DNA from: an uncultured Dehalococcoidia bacterium
Lineage (GTDB): Bacteria > Chloroflexota > Dehalococcoidia > Lucifugimonadales > UBA1127
DNA length: 64,000 nucleotides
Direction: 5' to 3'
NCBI GenBank assembly: GCA_964612825.1
Contig: CAZTCW010000036.1
Coordinates: 26,603 to 90,602 of the forward strand
Part shown: positions 9,757-18,955 of the stretch, piece by piece
Position numbering within the stretch: position 1 is the first letter of the stretch
Layout of the letters: every line of letters starts with the position of its first letter
Translations under genes and position numbers: made by a program
The notes under the pieces: generated by a model
Told to the model about the DNA's origin: nothing
The model's database searches: none
What the model saw: the letters and a program-made list of their open reading frames with translations, nothing else

Positions 9757-9845
9757 TTTTTTGCAGGCAATATTCTTGAAATCTAAATGCAGGAATAATC
9801 ATCTGGATTCTTGTTTTATAATCCCGTTAAATGACGGATGTAACT

Positions 9846-11198
9846 CTAAGAAATTAATGGTGGTGATTTTGGGGGTCTCACCAACATAAAGACTATTGCT
9901 GACGCCGCCCAAACGAGTGAAAGAAACCAAAGAATTATGGAGTAACTTTCGGTTCTGTCATAAATTATCCCAGCTAGCACTGGGAAAACTGCTGTTCCCC
10001 AACCATAAACCAGATTCATTGAACCCCTTATCGTAGCAAAGCTCCGTCGCCCATAAAAATCGCCAATCATCGCCCAGTTAAGAGTCCCGGTTGCATCAGG
10101 AATAGTGTAGAGGAGTATAAACAACCACAGTTGCCAGGTTCCTTCGCTGTATACCAAGTACACTAATGTAAGGGAGCCAAGAACTAAGGCAAACGTCATT
10201 ACTCTGGCTTTCGGCCAAATATCACCCAATACACCTAGCAAAATCCGCAAGGGAATGTTTAGGACACCAATAGCTCCGAGCAAAAATGCCCCATAGGTAG
10301 CTGTTACTCCTTTCCATACCATTATTGGAATGAAATGGATAGTAATCGTATGATTCACGGCTAAACGCAGGGTGATGGCAAGTAACAGCATCCAAAATGA
10401 CTTTGTACGGAAAGCTTGAGTAAAGGTGAAGTTAGTAGGTTCATTATTTTGGATACCGCTCTGTTCTACCGTTGTTTTGTTTAACTCTGGAGGGGAGGTT
10501 CCATCGGGGTGTAGACCCATTTTGTCGGGGGTTTTTCTCAACAAGAAAGAACAAGGCACGGCAGTAACCAGAGCAGCGATACCAGCTAATATCGCTGCTA
10601 CCCGCCATCCCCAGAGGTGAACTGCCATCCCTAACGTAGGGGCGGTGAATGCACCCCCAAAGCCTACCGCTGATCCAACTAAACCCATAGCCATCCCGCG
10701 CTTTTTCACAAACCATTGATTTACAGCCGTTAGGACGGTATGCATGAATCCGATGTTGTGTCCGACAGAAATCACGCCGATATAAATTAAAATTAATCCA
10801 GTGTATGAATCCACTCTTGCAAGTAAAAGATATCCGCCGGTAGTTATAAGAGTTCCTAAAAAAACCATCTGTCCAGGGCCCCATCGGTCAACTGCATAAC
10901 CTACGATTGGTCCTGATAAGGCCCCTTGGGCTCTTGAGAGGGAGAATACTAAGGAAGTAGATGTTCGACTTAATCGGAGATCCTTTGTTAACGGTAAGAA
11001 AAAAATGCTAGTAACGCTCGAATAGAAACTACTTGGGATGGAGTGCACTATGAATGCGGCAAGAACAACCCACCACCCAAAGAAGATTTTCGATGGCCTT
11101 CCAGAAACGTTTTTCTGAAAGGGAAATTGGGATTTATGTGAATGCTCGCCTTCTTGTTTTTTGGGGTGGTTACTGTCCGGGGGGCTGAGTTCCTTCAA
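9846..11198 (-). CDS. MFS transporter
   Basis: 450 aa, about 12 predicted hydrophobic helices. N-terminal FFGWWVVLAAF motif shared with the second MFS at 42143..43447. Confidence 0.8.
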   Translation of the reverse strand: MKELSPPDSNHPKKQEGEHSHKSQFPFQKNVSGRPSKIFFGWWVVLAAFIVHSIPSSFYSSVTSIFFLPLTKDLRLSRTSTSLVFSLSRAQGALSGPIVGYAVDRWGPGQMVFLGTLITTGGYLLLARVDSYTGLILIYIGVISVGHNIGFMHTVLTAVNQWFVKKRGMAMGLVGSAVGFGGAFTAPTLGMAVHLWGWRVAAILAGIAALVTAVPCSFLLRKTPDKMGLHPDGTSPPELNKTTVEQSGIQNNEPTNFTFTQAFRTKSFWMLLLAITLRLAVNHTITIHFIPIMVWKGVTATYGAFLLGAIGVLNIPLRILLGVLGDIWPKARVMTFALVLGSLTLVYLVYSEGTWQLWLFILLYTIPDATGTLNWAMIGDFYGRRSFATIRGSMNLVYGWGTAVFPVLAGIIYDRTESYSIILWFLSLVWAASAIVFMLVRPPKSPPLIS

Positions 11199-11378
11199 TT
11201 TTACTCCTGTCTATCAATCCTGATATCATCTACTAATTATAATTCCACCTACCAGTGTTAGAAAGTTACTTGTTGACATAAAGGGTTACCATTGTTGCAG
11301 TGTGTTTATAAATCATAGGAAACGATCCAGTCTCTAATTCCGGACACAAAATTATGCCAACAACTTAGGAGGTGAGGG

Positions 11379-11615
11379 ATGAGTATGCGCACTTATGTCT
11401 TGATTGAAGTAGCAGTAGGAAAAACCCGGGAAGTGGTTGATTCGTTGACTGGTATCTCAGGTATGCAAGCGGTAGATAGAGTGACAGGGCCTTACGATGT
11501 AATTGCTGTTTTAGAAACCGAAGGGCTTAATGAAGCGGGGAAGGTAGTAGCGGAGAGCATCCATACTATTTCAGGAGTAGTTCGAACAATGACCTGTCTC
11601 AAAATGGAGATGTAA
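11379..11615 (+). CDS. stand-alone Lrp/AsnC ligand-binding (RAM) domain protein
   Basis: 78 aa. YVLIEVAVGK...V...VTGPYDVIAVLE... beta-alpha-beta-beta-alpha-beta pattern of AsnC-type effector domains. No HTH. AGGAGGTGAGGG SD. Confidence 0.7.
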   Translation: MSMRTYVLIEVAVGKTREVVDSLTGISGMQAVDRVTGPYDVIAVLETEGLNEAGKVVAESIHTISGVVRTMTCLKMEM

Positions 11616-11712
11616 GCAACCATGCTTTAAATTTTCGAAGGTATTATTCCGGCTCCTCCATGACTTCTTGGATAGGAGCTAGGAATCTGGCCTTATTAGG
11701 ATCGGTACAGCG

Positions 11713-12057
11713 TTGGAACCTAGTTGTATTTTCTGTCAAATAGCTAACGGGGTTGTAGAAGCTGACATTTTGTATAAAGATGATTTGGCGTTCGTAATCA
11801 AAGATCTTTCTCCCAGATCTCCGATACATCTGTTAATCATCCCCATTTTACATATTGAATCTCTGGAGAATAGACCCCGCACGGAGACGTTCACTTTCGG
11901 ACATTTATTGGAGGTATGTGAAAAAATGGCTAATATCCACAATGCCTTTAAGGACGGGTACCGGATAGCGATCAATCAAGGAAAGAATGCCGGACAGACT
12001 ATTTCCCACCTCCATCTTCACCTTTTAGGAGGCAGTATGCTTGGACCTGAGGGGTAA
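11713..12057 (+). CDS. HIT-family (histidine triad) nucleotide hydrolase
   Basis: 114 aa. CIFCQI zinc-knuckle-like start and HLHLHLLGG histidine triad. Confidence 0.9.
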   Translation: MEPSCIFCQIANGVVEADILYKDDLAFVIKDLSPRSPIHLLIIPILHIESLENRPRTETFTFGHLLEVCEKMANIHNAFKDGYRIAINQGKNAGQTISHLHLHLLGGSMLGPEG

Positions 12058-12062
12058 ACTTC

Positions 12063-12650
12063 ATGGACCATAGTTTTGGTGCTCGCTTGCCAGAGCCGCT
12101 CAAAGCTGTTTTGGACAAATTGCCTAACGGGCTTTATTTACATACCCAAAGGGTGTGTAGTGAAGCTAAATCCCTTGCCCGTTTATTTGGATTGGATTTT
12201 GAACCTGTAGAGGTAGCCGCGGCGGCTCATGATATTTGCAGAGCCATGAATGGGAAAGACCTGCTCTCAGAAGCCCAGCGTAGACGGTTGCCAATCAACG
12301 AAATTGAACAACACTTACCAATACTATTACACGGCCCTCTAGCCGCGGCAATCGTCCGGGACGAATTCGGTATGACGGATAAAGATCTCTTACAGGCGAT
12401 TCATTGGCATTCCACGGGGACCCCTGGGATGCATCCCTTGGCCGAGTTAATATTCTTGGCTGATAAACTGGACCCAATGAAAAAGGCTCGGTATCCATTT
12501 ATCGATGATGTTCGTGAGTGCTTAATCAAGGATTATGAGAAAGCCTCGTTTCTATTTATATCTGAAGACATTAAACGTTTAGTGAGTTCGGGTCAGCTCC
12601 TTCACCCTGCTTCTGTGGCAACTAGGAACTGGTTGCTTGAGCGCTTCTAA
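12063..12650 (+). CDS. yqeK: HD-domain bis(5'-nucleosyl)-tetraphosphatase, YqeK type
   Basis: 195 aa. H...HD (AAAHDICRA), HGPLAA and HWHSTG motifs as in YqeK. Confidence 0.75.
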   Translation: MDHSFGARLPEPLKAVLDKLPNGLYLHTQRVCSEAKSLARLFGLDFEPVEVAAAAHDICRAMNGKDLLSEAQRRRLPINEIEQHLPILLHGPLAAAIVRDEFGMTDKDLLQAIHWHSTGTPGMHPLAELIFLADKLDPMKKARYPFIDDVRECLIKDYEKASFLFISEDIKRLVSSGQLLHPASVATRNWLLERF

Positions 12651-12668
12651 TGAGGAAGCGCTCAAGCA
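12634..12668 (+). terminator. 14-bp perfect hairpin spanning the yqeK stop codon
   Basis: TGCTTGAGCGCTTC (12634-12647) / loop TAATGAG (contains the stop) / GAAGCGCTCAAGCA (12655-12668). No clear U-tract, so the terminator role is tentative. Confidence 0.4.
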
Positions 12669-12799
12669 GGTCCTGTTGTGTAGTCTTATTTCCTCAGGGA
12701 GTTTAAAATTTTTTTCTGGCACCGTATTAACGAAATATTTACTGTCTTTTCAAAGGAAGTTCGGCGATCTCCATAAAATCGCTTAATTAAAATTGGCCT

Positions 12800-14125
12800 A
12801 TGCTGCTTCGAAGATTGAGCTATTTGAACAAGTCGGGTATGAAGCCAATGAGATTCGTGTCGAATATTGTGAACTGTCAGCGGTTTCGTAACATATCTTT
12901 TATTGTCCTAGTTACCGTAATCCTGCTATTCCAGCGGGATGTTACCCCATATTCTGATTTAAGGCTTTTCGTCGCACCACATTCTTTTTCAATCGAAAGA
13001 TGGGTAGCAACGAATAGCATTTCAAAATTGATTTCTTCAATCAAAATGTCCACTGAAACTCCATTCCAGGAATTTTCAAATAAAAATAGTTTGATTAATG
13101 AATTTTTCGGTATTAATCAGGAAATCAAAAACAGAAAGAATTCACTCAACCAATTATCGATAAGTGATTACAGCGAATTTACCGAGGGAAATTTAAAGAG
13201 TTTAAGTGAAATTGAACAGACATTAATCATTGAAATTAATCAATTAATTCAAGCTAGAAATTCATTCAAGAATGATGCAGAACTAGTTATAGAAGAATCG
13301 ATTCGTAGTGTACTTGAAGATGAAGGCTTGGTTTGGCCTAGGAATTCTCGTGGATTTGTTTTTCCGCCTGTTTCACTTCGGTTCGAGGAAGCTCCATATA
13401 TAATTGTTTCATCACCGAGGGATAAAATAGCCATGTTGGAATCAGTGATTTTGCGCCCAAACCTTTCTTCTGAGGAAATTCGAGAGATAGAACGATTCAC
13501 TCTTCTTAGGGATGATTTGTCAATTTGGATTGGGAAAATCGGTGGACTCGCTACCTACCCCGCGATTATCCCTTATGTTTCAAATTCAGAATTAGGATTC
13601 AAAACCGCAGCTCACGAATGGTTGCACCATTATTGGTTTTTCCGTCCTCTTGGCTTGGGATATTTCCGGACGTTAGAGATGACTACCTTAAATGAAACAG
13701 CCGCGAATATCGCAGGGGATGAGTTGGGGATTCAAGCAATGAAAAAGTTGGGCTTAAATCTTGAGATTGAAACTTCCCCTTTATTACCTCAGGTAAGTCA
13801 CCAATTTGACTTCAAAAATGAAATGCATTCAACAAGAGTTACGGCAGAAATGCTTTTAGAAGAGGGGAGAGTCGTAGAAGCAGAACAATATATGGAAGAA
13901 CGACGGCTTTTTTTTGCAATGAATGGGTATACAATTCGTAAATTGAATCAGGCGTACTTCGCGTTTCATGGTACTTATGGTGATAGTCCAGCTTCGGTAA
14001 GTCCTGTCGCCTCACAATTGAGATTACTTCGAAACCACAATAGTGATTTAGGTTCATTTATTCGATTGGTAGGTGGATTTGGCTCTTATAAAGAATTTCT
14101 CCAATACTTGGAGAAATTTGATTAA
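12800..14125 (+). CDS. hypothetical membrane-anchored protein with HExxH motif (putative Zn-metallopeptidase-like)
   Basis: 441 aa, very N/K/I/S-rich. One N-terminal hydrophobic helix (ISFIVLVTVILLF). Single HEWLH (HExxH) at TAAHEWLHHYWF, followed by NETAAN. No family recognised. True start uncertain (ATG at 12800, 12839 or 12848). Confidence 0.55.
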   Translation: MLLRRLSYLNKSGMKPMRFVSNIVNCQRFRNISFIVLVTVILLFQRDVTPYSDLRLFVAPHSFSIERWVATNSISKLISSIKMSTETPFQEFSNKNSLINEFFGINQEIKNRKNSLNQLSISDYSEFTEGNLKSLSEIEQTLIIEINQLIQARNSFKNDAELVIEESIRSVLEDEGLVWPRNSRGFVFPPVSLRFEEAPYIIVSSPRDKIAMLESVILRPNLSSEEIREIERFTLLRDDLSIWIGKIGGLATYPAIIPYVSNSELGFKTAAHEWLHHYWFFRPLGLGYFRTLEMTTLNETAANIAGDELGIQAMKKLGLNLEIETSPLLPQVSHQFDFKNEMHSTRVTAEMLLEEGRVVEAEQYMEERRLFFAMNGYTIRKLNQAYFAFHGTYGDSPASVSPVASQLRLLRNHNSDLGSFIRLVGGFGSYKEFLQYLEKFD

Positions 14126-14196
14126 ATACTTCTTTAGCCCGAAATTCATTAACGGTGTCCTAGGGTGCCTTATATAATTTATGGATTAATCTGACG

Positions 14197-14799
14197 ATGA
14201 AAATTTGGTTATGGGTAACCCTGTCGATCATATTTTTTCCGGTGGCTTACTTGGCTTTTATAGGCCATGTATTTGGTTGGGAAAATAGGATTTCCGTTGG
14301 GATTCAAGACTCCGAAATGGTTACTTTTTTAGCCACCATTGAATTGCTTTCGATATTTGGAAACTATTTTGGATTGATAATTTCATTTTCAACGTTAATT
14401 TTACTGGCATTTTGGTTAAAGGGATTTGTTATAGCGGTGTGGGTTTCTACCGTTTCGCTAAGCCAATTCATCCTTATTGAAATATTAAAAACAATTATAG
14501 GACGTCCGCGTCCCTTTCCAATAGGGGAAACTGTCTTTGACAGTTTCCCCAGTGGTCAGGCATTTTACTCGTTAGTATTCTTCTCTCTTCTTTGGTGCAT
14601 TCTTAATCCATATCTCCCAAAATGGATATACCAATTTCTTCTAATATCGTTCTGTATACTTGCCACAATTACAGTCGGGGTTCTTCGAATTCACTCTGGG
14701 CAACATTGGCCTACTGATGTGTTAGGTTCATGGATAATCGGTGGTTTCATTTCTCCCATTTTTGTTTTGGCAGTAGGAAGGGGCGTACGGCAACGCTAG
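14197..14799 (+). CDS. PAP2-family (type 2 phosphatidic acid / lipid phosphate) phosphatase
   Basis: 200 aa, polytopic. KxxxxxxRP (KTIIGRPRP), PSGQ and SRxxxxxHxxxD (RIHSGQHWPTDV) PAP2 signature motifs. Confidence 0.88.
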   Translation: MKIWLWVTLSIIFFPVAYLAFIGHVFGWENRISVGIQDSEMVTFLATIELLSIFGNYFGLIISFSTLILLAFWLKGFVIAVWVSTVSLSQFILIEILKTIIGRPRPFPIGETVFDSFPSGQAFYSLVFFSLLWCILNPYLPKWIYQFLLISFCILATITVGVLRIHSGQHWPTDVLGSWIIGGFISPIFVLAVGRGVRQR

Positions 14800-17012
14800 G
14801 GGATTTTAGGGGAGGGGTTCTCTTTCCTTGAAATAAATCTTGGGCACCACCAATTCCAATCTCCCAGTAAATACATAATGGAAGGAACTAAGAGGATTCT
14901 AACTACTGTAGCGTCGATTAAAATGGCAAGGGCGGTTCCGATTCCTAAAGCCTTTACGAATACAATTTCCCCAGTAGCGAATGCTGCTGAAACTAATGCC
15001 AGAATAAGAGCGGCACTTGTAATGACCCGCCCGGTTCTCGCAAGGCCATATTCTACACTTCTGGAATTACTTCGAGTACTGTCATAGAATTCTTTTACAC
15101 GAGTTAATAGGAAAACTTCGTAATCCATACTCAAACCAAAAATTACACAGAACATAAGTATCGGAATCGTAGCTTCAATGTTCCCTTGTGGGACAAAATC
15201 CAAATAATTGTGAAAATTCCCATCCTGAAAGATAAAAACCAAAGCTCCATAGCTCGCGAATATGCTCATACCATTCATGGCGATAGCTTTAATGGGTAAG
15301 ACTACAGACCGGAACAAAAAGAATAATGCAATATAGGTGCTGACCATTACATAGAGGATTATTTTTGGGAAATCTTTATACATCTCATCTACTGAATCCA
15401 TGATGTCTGCAGTAACCCCAGTTACATAGGTATTAAATGGAAATTCAGGACTAAGCAGCCGGAGATCTTCGACTAAACGTTTACTTGATGAAGAAAGTGG
15501 AGGGTTTTCCTCAAAAACGCGTATCAGAGTAGTGTCTCCCGCGAGTAAGTTTGATAGCGAGTTTTCTTCCCCCAGTGCTTGGATTCGAAGTGGGTCAGAA
15601 TAGAGGAATTGATAATCCGCCCGCGTAGCTTGGGGCCGTAGCGTCACGATACTATCAACCCGATTGACTCTTGAATCGGAATCTATTGTTTCTACGTAAT
15701 CGTAAAGCCTACCGATGCTCTCTGGGTTTCCCAAAAAGGAGGTGGGGCTACTTACAACAATTAATATTGGAGCCATTTCACCTTCACCGAATTCTTGGTT
15801 CAATTTTTCCCAACCGATCCTCGCTTCTGCATTCTCGGGAAGAATTGAAGCCCAGGGAGCGCCAATTTGCACTCGGAGGAATGGAATTCCCAAGAGAACT
15901 AGTATTGTAATAACGGGTACCATTATGAGTATTGGGTAGCGCATGACAAACCGAGCGAAGGTGGTCCAAACCTGATCATTTTCTGGGCGAAGCTTCGTTA
16001 TGGGGAGTGAATTTATGCGACCGCCTAAGAAATATAAGACTGCAGGTAATAGAGTGAAAACTTGTAGTAATGAAAGAATGACAACGAAAATGCCGCCAAT
16101 ACCTATAGAACGAAGGGCCATAAAATCGAAAAATAATAATCCTGATAAACCTAAAGCGGTAGTTAAGCCGGAAAATAGCAAGGCTTTCCCTGCCGTACTC
16201 ATTGTTAATCCGAGGGCGATTTCTTTGGGGTATTGTTTTAACTCCTCCCGGAACCGGTTTACTACTAGTAGGGAATAATCAATTGCAATCCCCAAGCCGA
16301 GAAAGCTAGCAATGTTAAGGACAAAAATAGAAACATCGGTAATTTGCGATAAGCCAAATACCATTGCTAGGGTAAAGACAATACTTAAACCTCCAATGGC
16401 AATGGGAAGGCCAGCTGCGACAACGCTGCTATAAACTAGAACCAAGGCGATTAGGACGATGGGTAAAGCTATAAGTTCTGCTCGGCGTAAGTCACTAGCA
16501 ATTGCCCTGTTAAGGTCGGCAAATATGGCAATTCCACCCGTAACTAAGACCTCAAGTTTTGAAGGAGCTATTAGGTTCTTTAATTCGTCGAATTTGTCCA
16601 TCGATTCATCAATCGAGGTGTTCAAGAATACGACTACGTAAGCGCTCTTTTCGTCAGGCGAAATCATCGATTCAGTTCCGCCATCATAAGGAGTCATCAC
16701 CCGTGAAACGTATGGGGACTGAGTAAGAGGGGTTATGCTCTTTTGTAACTCTGCCGCAAACGTATTATCCTTGGCGGAAAGATTCGGGTCTTGACTGGAA
16801 AAGAAAATTGTAAGACTAGATTCCGGGAAACCTAGTTTCTTCTCCATAATTTCAAGGCCTCGTCGGGATTCAACGTCTATTTCCCCGAAGCCTGCTTTCA
16901 GGTTGGATTGGGCCATTGGGGCTATAAAAAGGGCGCTTATGAATGCCAAGATCCATAGGCTCACTACTGTCCAGCGATTTCGTGCTATAAAAAGACCGAA
17001 AGAATACAGCAT
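14796..17012 (-). CDS. MMPL-family (RND superfamily) transporter
   Basis: 738 aa. Two 6-helix hydrophobic blocks separated by soluble loops. Typical MMPL N-terminus (LFIARNRWTVVSLWILAF). 4-nt convergent overlap with the PAP2 gene. Confidence 0.85.
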   Translation of the reverse strand: MLYSFGLFIARNRWTVVSLWILAFISALFIAPMAQSNLKAGFGEIDVESRRGLEIMEKKLGFPESSLTIFFSSQDPNLSAKDNTFAAELQKSITPLTQSPYVSRVMTPYDGGTESMISPDEKSAYVVVFLNTSIDESMDKFDELKNLIAPSKLEVLVTGGIAIFADLNRAIASDLRRAELIALPIVLIALVLVYSSVVAAGLPIAIGGLSIVFTLAMVFGLSQITDVSIFVLNIASFLGLGIAIDYSLLVVNRFREELKQYPKEIALGLTMSTAGKALLFSGLTTALGLSGLLFFDFMALRSIGIGGIFVVILSLLQVFTLLPAVLYFLGGRINSLPITKLRPENDQVWTTFARFVMRYPILIMVPVITILVLLGIPFLRVQIGAPWASILPENAEARIGWEKLNQEFGEGEMAPILIVVSSPTSFLGNPESIGRLYDYVETIDSDSRVNRVDSIVTLRPQATRADYQFLYSDPLRIQALGEENSLSNLLAGDTTLIRVFEENPPLSSSSKRLVEDLRLLSPEFPFNTYVTGVTADIMDSVDEMYKDFPKIILYVMVSTYIALFFLFRSVVLPIKAIAMNGMSIFASYGALVFIFQDGNFHNYLDFVPQGNIEATIPILMFCVIFGLSMDYEVFLLTRVKEFYDSTRSNSRSVEYGLARTGRVITSAALILALVSAAFATGEIVFVKALGIGTALAILIDATVVRILLVPSIMYLLGDWNWWCPRFISRKENPSPKIP

Positions 17013-17149
17013 GCCTGATACTTTAAGGATTCTCTGGACGCCCTACAAGTGCATTTTCTTCTATGCACGTATTCAGGAACTTGCAGATATTATGGATTCC
17101 AGTCTAACATTCAAGGATAATTCTTGTATTAAATTACTAATACAAGCTC

Positions 17150-17896
17150 ATGAGTGGCAATATGGACCGAAGAAACGGCATGTCTAAGGTGATTTTTGAC
17201 CTTGAATTTGGACAGATTACTCATCTAGGTTTATTTGAATCTGGAAATAATTACACCTTCCTTGTCCGTTTGAAAAATGAATCTGGCAATCAATATATGG
17301 GTATTTACAAACCTTTTTGTGGCGAGGCTCCTTTAAGTGATTTTCCATGGGGAACTTTATACAAAAGAGAGGTCGCCTCGTATCTTGTTTCAAAAGGATT
17401 AGGTTGGGATTTTATTCCCCCAACGGTCATCAAAGATGGCCCATATGGAATTGGCTCTCTGCAACTTTATATCGAACATAACCCTGAAGAGAATTACTTC
17501 ACCCTTAAAGGCTCCCATAATACGGAGTTCCAAAAGATATGCCTTTTTGATTTGCTTACAAATAATGCTGACCGAAAAGGCGGACATTGCTTAAAGGGAT
17601 TCGACGGAAAGATTTGGGGTATCGACCATGGGTTGACTTTCAATGCTCGGGAAAAACTTCGAACCGTAATCTGGGAATTTTCTGGAGAATCAATCAGCAT
17701 TGAACTCCAGAACGATTTGACAAAGTTACGCGATCAGGTTTCGACTGATTCTACATTGGCAAAATCACTAAAAGACCTTATCTCAATAGAAGAATTCCAA
17801 TCATTTCTACAACGTTTGGAAAAAATTCTAAGGGATCCTACCTTCCCTATACTTGATCTAACAGGGAGACGGAGTTGGCCTTACCCATTATTGTGA
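17150..17896 (+). CDS. SCO1664-family / PI3-PI4-kinase-like protein
   Basis: 248 aa. Catalytic-loop-like NNADRKGGHCL and GIDHGLTF (DFG-equivalent) motifs. True start may be a downstream ATG (MDRR.. or MSKVIF..). Confidence 0.7.
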   Translation: MSGNMDRRNGMSKVIFDLEFGQITHLGLFESGNNYTFLVRLKNESGNQYMGIYKPFCGEAPLSDFPWGTLYKREVASYLVSKGLGWDFIPPTVIKDGPYGIGSLQLYIEHNPEENYFTLKGSHNTEFQKICLFDLLTNNADRKGGHCLKGFDGKIWGIDHGLTFNAREKLRTVIWEFSGESISIELQNDLTKLRDQVSTDSTLAKSLKDLISIEEFQSFLQRLEKILRDPTFPILDLTGRRSWPYPLL

Positions 17897-17935
17897 TTTT
17901 CATCGTGCATTGGTCTATGGGTAAAACCAGTCCGT

Positions 17936-18862
17936 TCACTTTTTCCCTTTCAGGAAAGATTTTAGTTGTTCCCAAAAAAGTGGCGGGCGCTTCTTTCGCC
18001 GTTTGAGGTTGCTACTGACAAAACTCGCAATTTTGGGGTTTCCGACTAGGATGGATGATTTCCATTCTCGCAAAGTTACTTGCCCTGGAGGTCCTGGTTC
18101 TTCAATATTGGAAAATCTGTGGAATTCAGTCCATCGGTCACTGTTTGGTTCTAAGGACAGGGTAACTCCCCCAGCTTCCTTTACTAACAGCATACCCGCA
18201 GCGACATCCCAAGATTTGGGTGATGGGAAAACTGCGAATTGGTAAGTCCCGTCTGCGACGAGAGCTAATTCGAAAGCTATACTACCGACTGACCGTCGGT
18301 CTCCTGGTTGCATCCTTAAGGGTTTCCCAGCTTGAAACGGCCCAAAAATAAAATTGGGAGCAATAGCTACTCTCCCCGGAATAGGAATATTCTCGGTTGA
18401 AACCGCTAATTTTCCGCGTTGGTCCCAAGTTCCCCCACCTTTGTGGGCATGGACGACTCTTCCGTTTGCTGGGGATGGCCAAGGAATAAATATTGCTCCA
18501 ACTACCGGCACTCCATCCTCTAAGAGCGCAATAGAACAAGCAAATAAGGGTAGGCCATTGTAAAAATTAGTTGTCCCATCTAGCGGGTCTATAACCCAAG
18601 TAAATTTTGTCGAGATTGACCCGATTCCAGCCCCTTCTTCCCCGACTATTCCGTGTTCAGGAAACATTTGTGAAATCTTTTTTGTTAGATGTTCTTCTGC
18701 TTGGCGGTCGGCTTCAGTGACTGGGTCATCCCCGGTGATATTTCCTTTATATTCGACCTGTAGAGGCTGTTTGAAATAAGTTAAAAGAATTTCTCCTGCG
18801 CTCCAAGCCAAGCTTACGGCTGTTTCTTCAAGTTGTTTCAAGTCGTTTGAATTGAGAGACAA
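17936..18862 (-). CDS. inositol monophosphatase-family phosphatase
   Basis: 308 aa. GEE...WVIDPLDGTTNF and WDVAAG motifs of the IMPase/FBPase fold. Basic C-terminal tail (KRRKKRPP). Confidence 0.88.
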   Translation of the reverse strand: MSLNSNDLKQLEETAVSLAWSAGEILLTYFKQPLQVEYKGNITGDDPVTEADRQAEEHLTKKISQMFPEHGIVGEEGAGIGSISTKFTWVIDPLDGTTNFYNGLPLFACSIALLEDGVPVVGAIFIPWPSPANGRVVHAHKGGGTWDQRGKLAVSTENIPIPGRVAIAPNFIFGPFQAGKPLRMQPGDRRSVGSIAFELALVADGTYQFAVFPSPKSWDVAAGMLLVKEAGGVTLSLEPNSDRWTEFHRFSNIEEPGPPGQVTLREWKSSILVGNPKIASFVSSNLKRRKKRPPLFWEQLKSFLKGKK

Positions 18863-18955
18863 GCGTCAACCTCAGTTTTGAAATAAAATTCCCGAGAGTT
18901 CTAATCGTTACTATGGTTAGACGTAAATCGGTGAAGGGTGCTACGGAGTCAATCC

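Noticed and set aside
10444-10884. 146-aa same-strand alternative-frame ORF inside the MFS transporter gene
   Set aside because: Out-of-frame overlap with a gene whose translation shows clear transmembrane periodicity. The alternative frame is Arg/Gly/Trp-rich nonsense.
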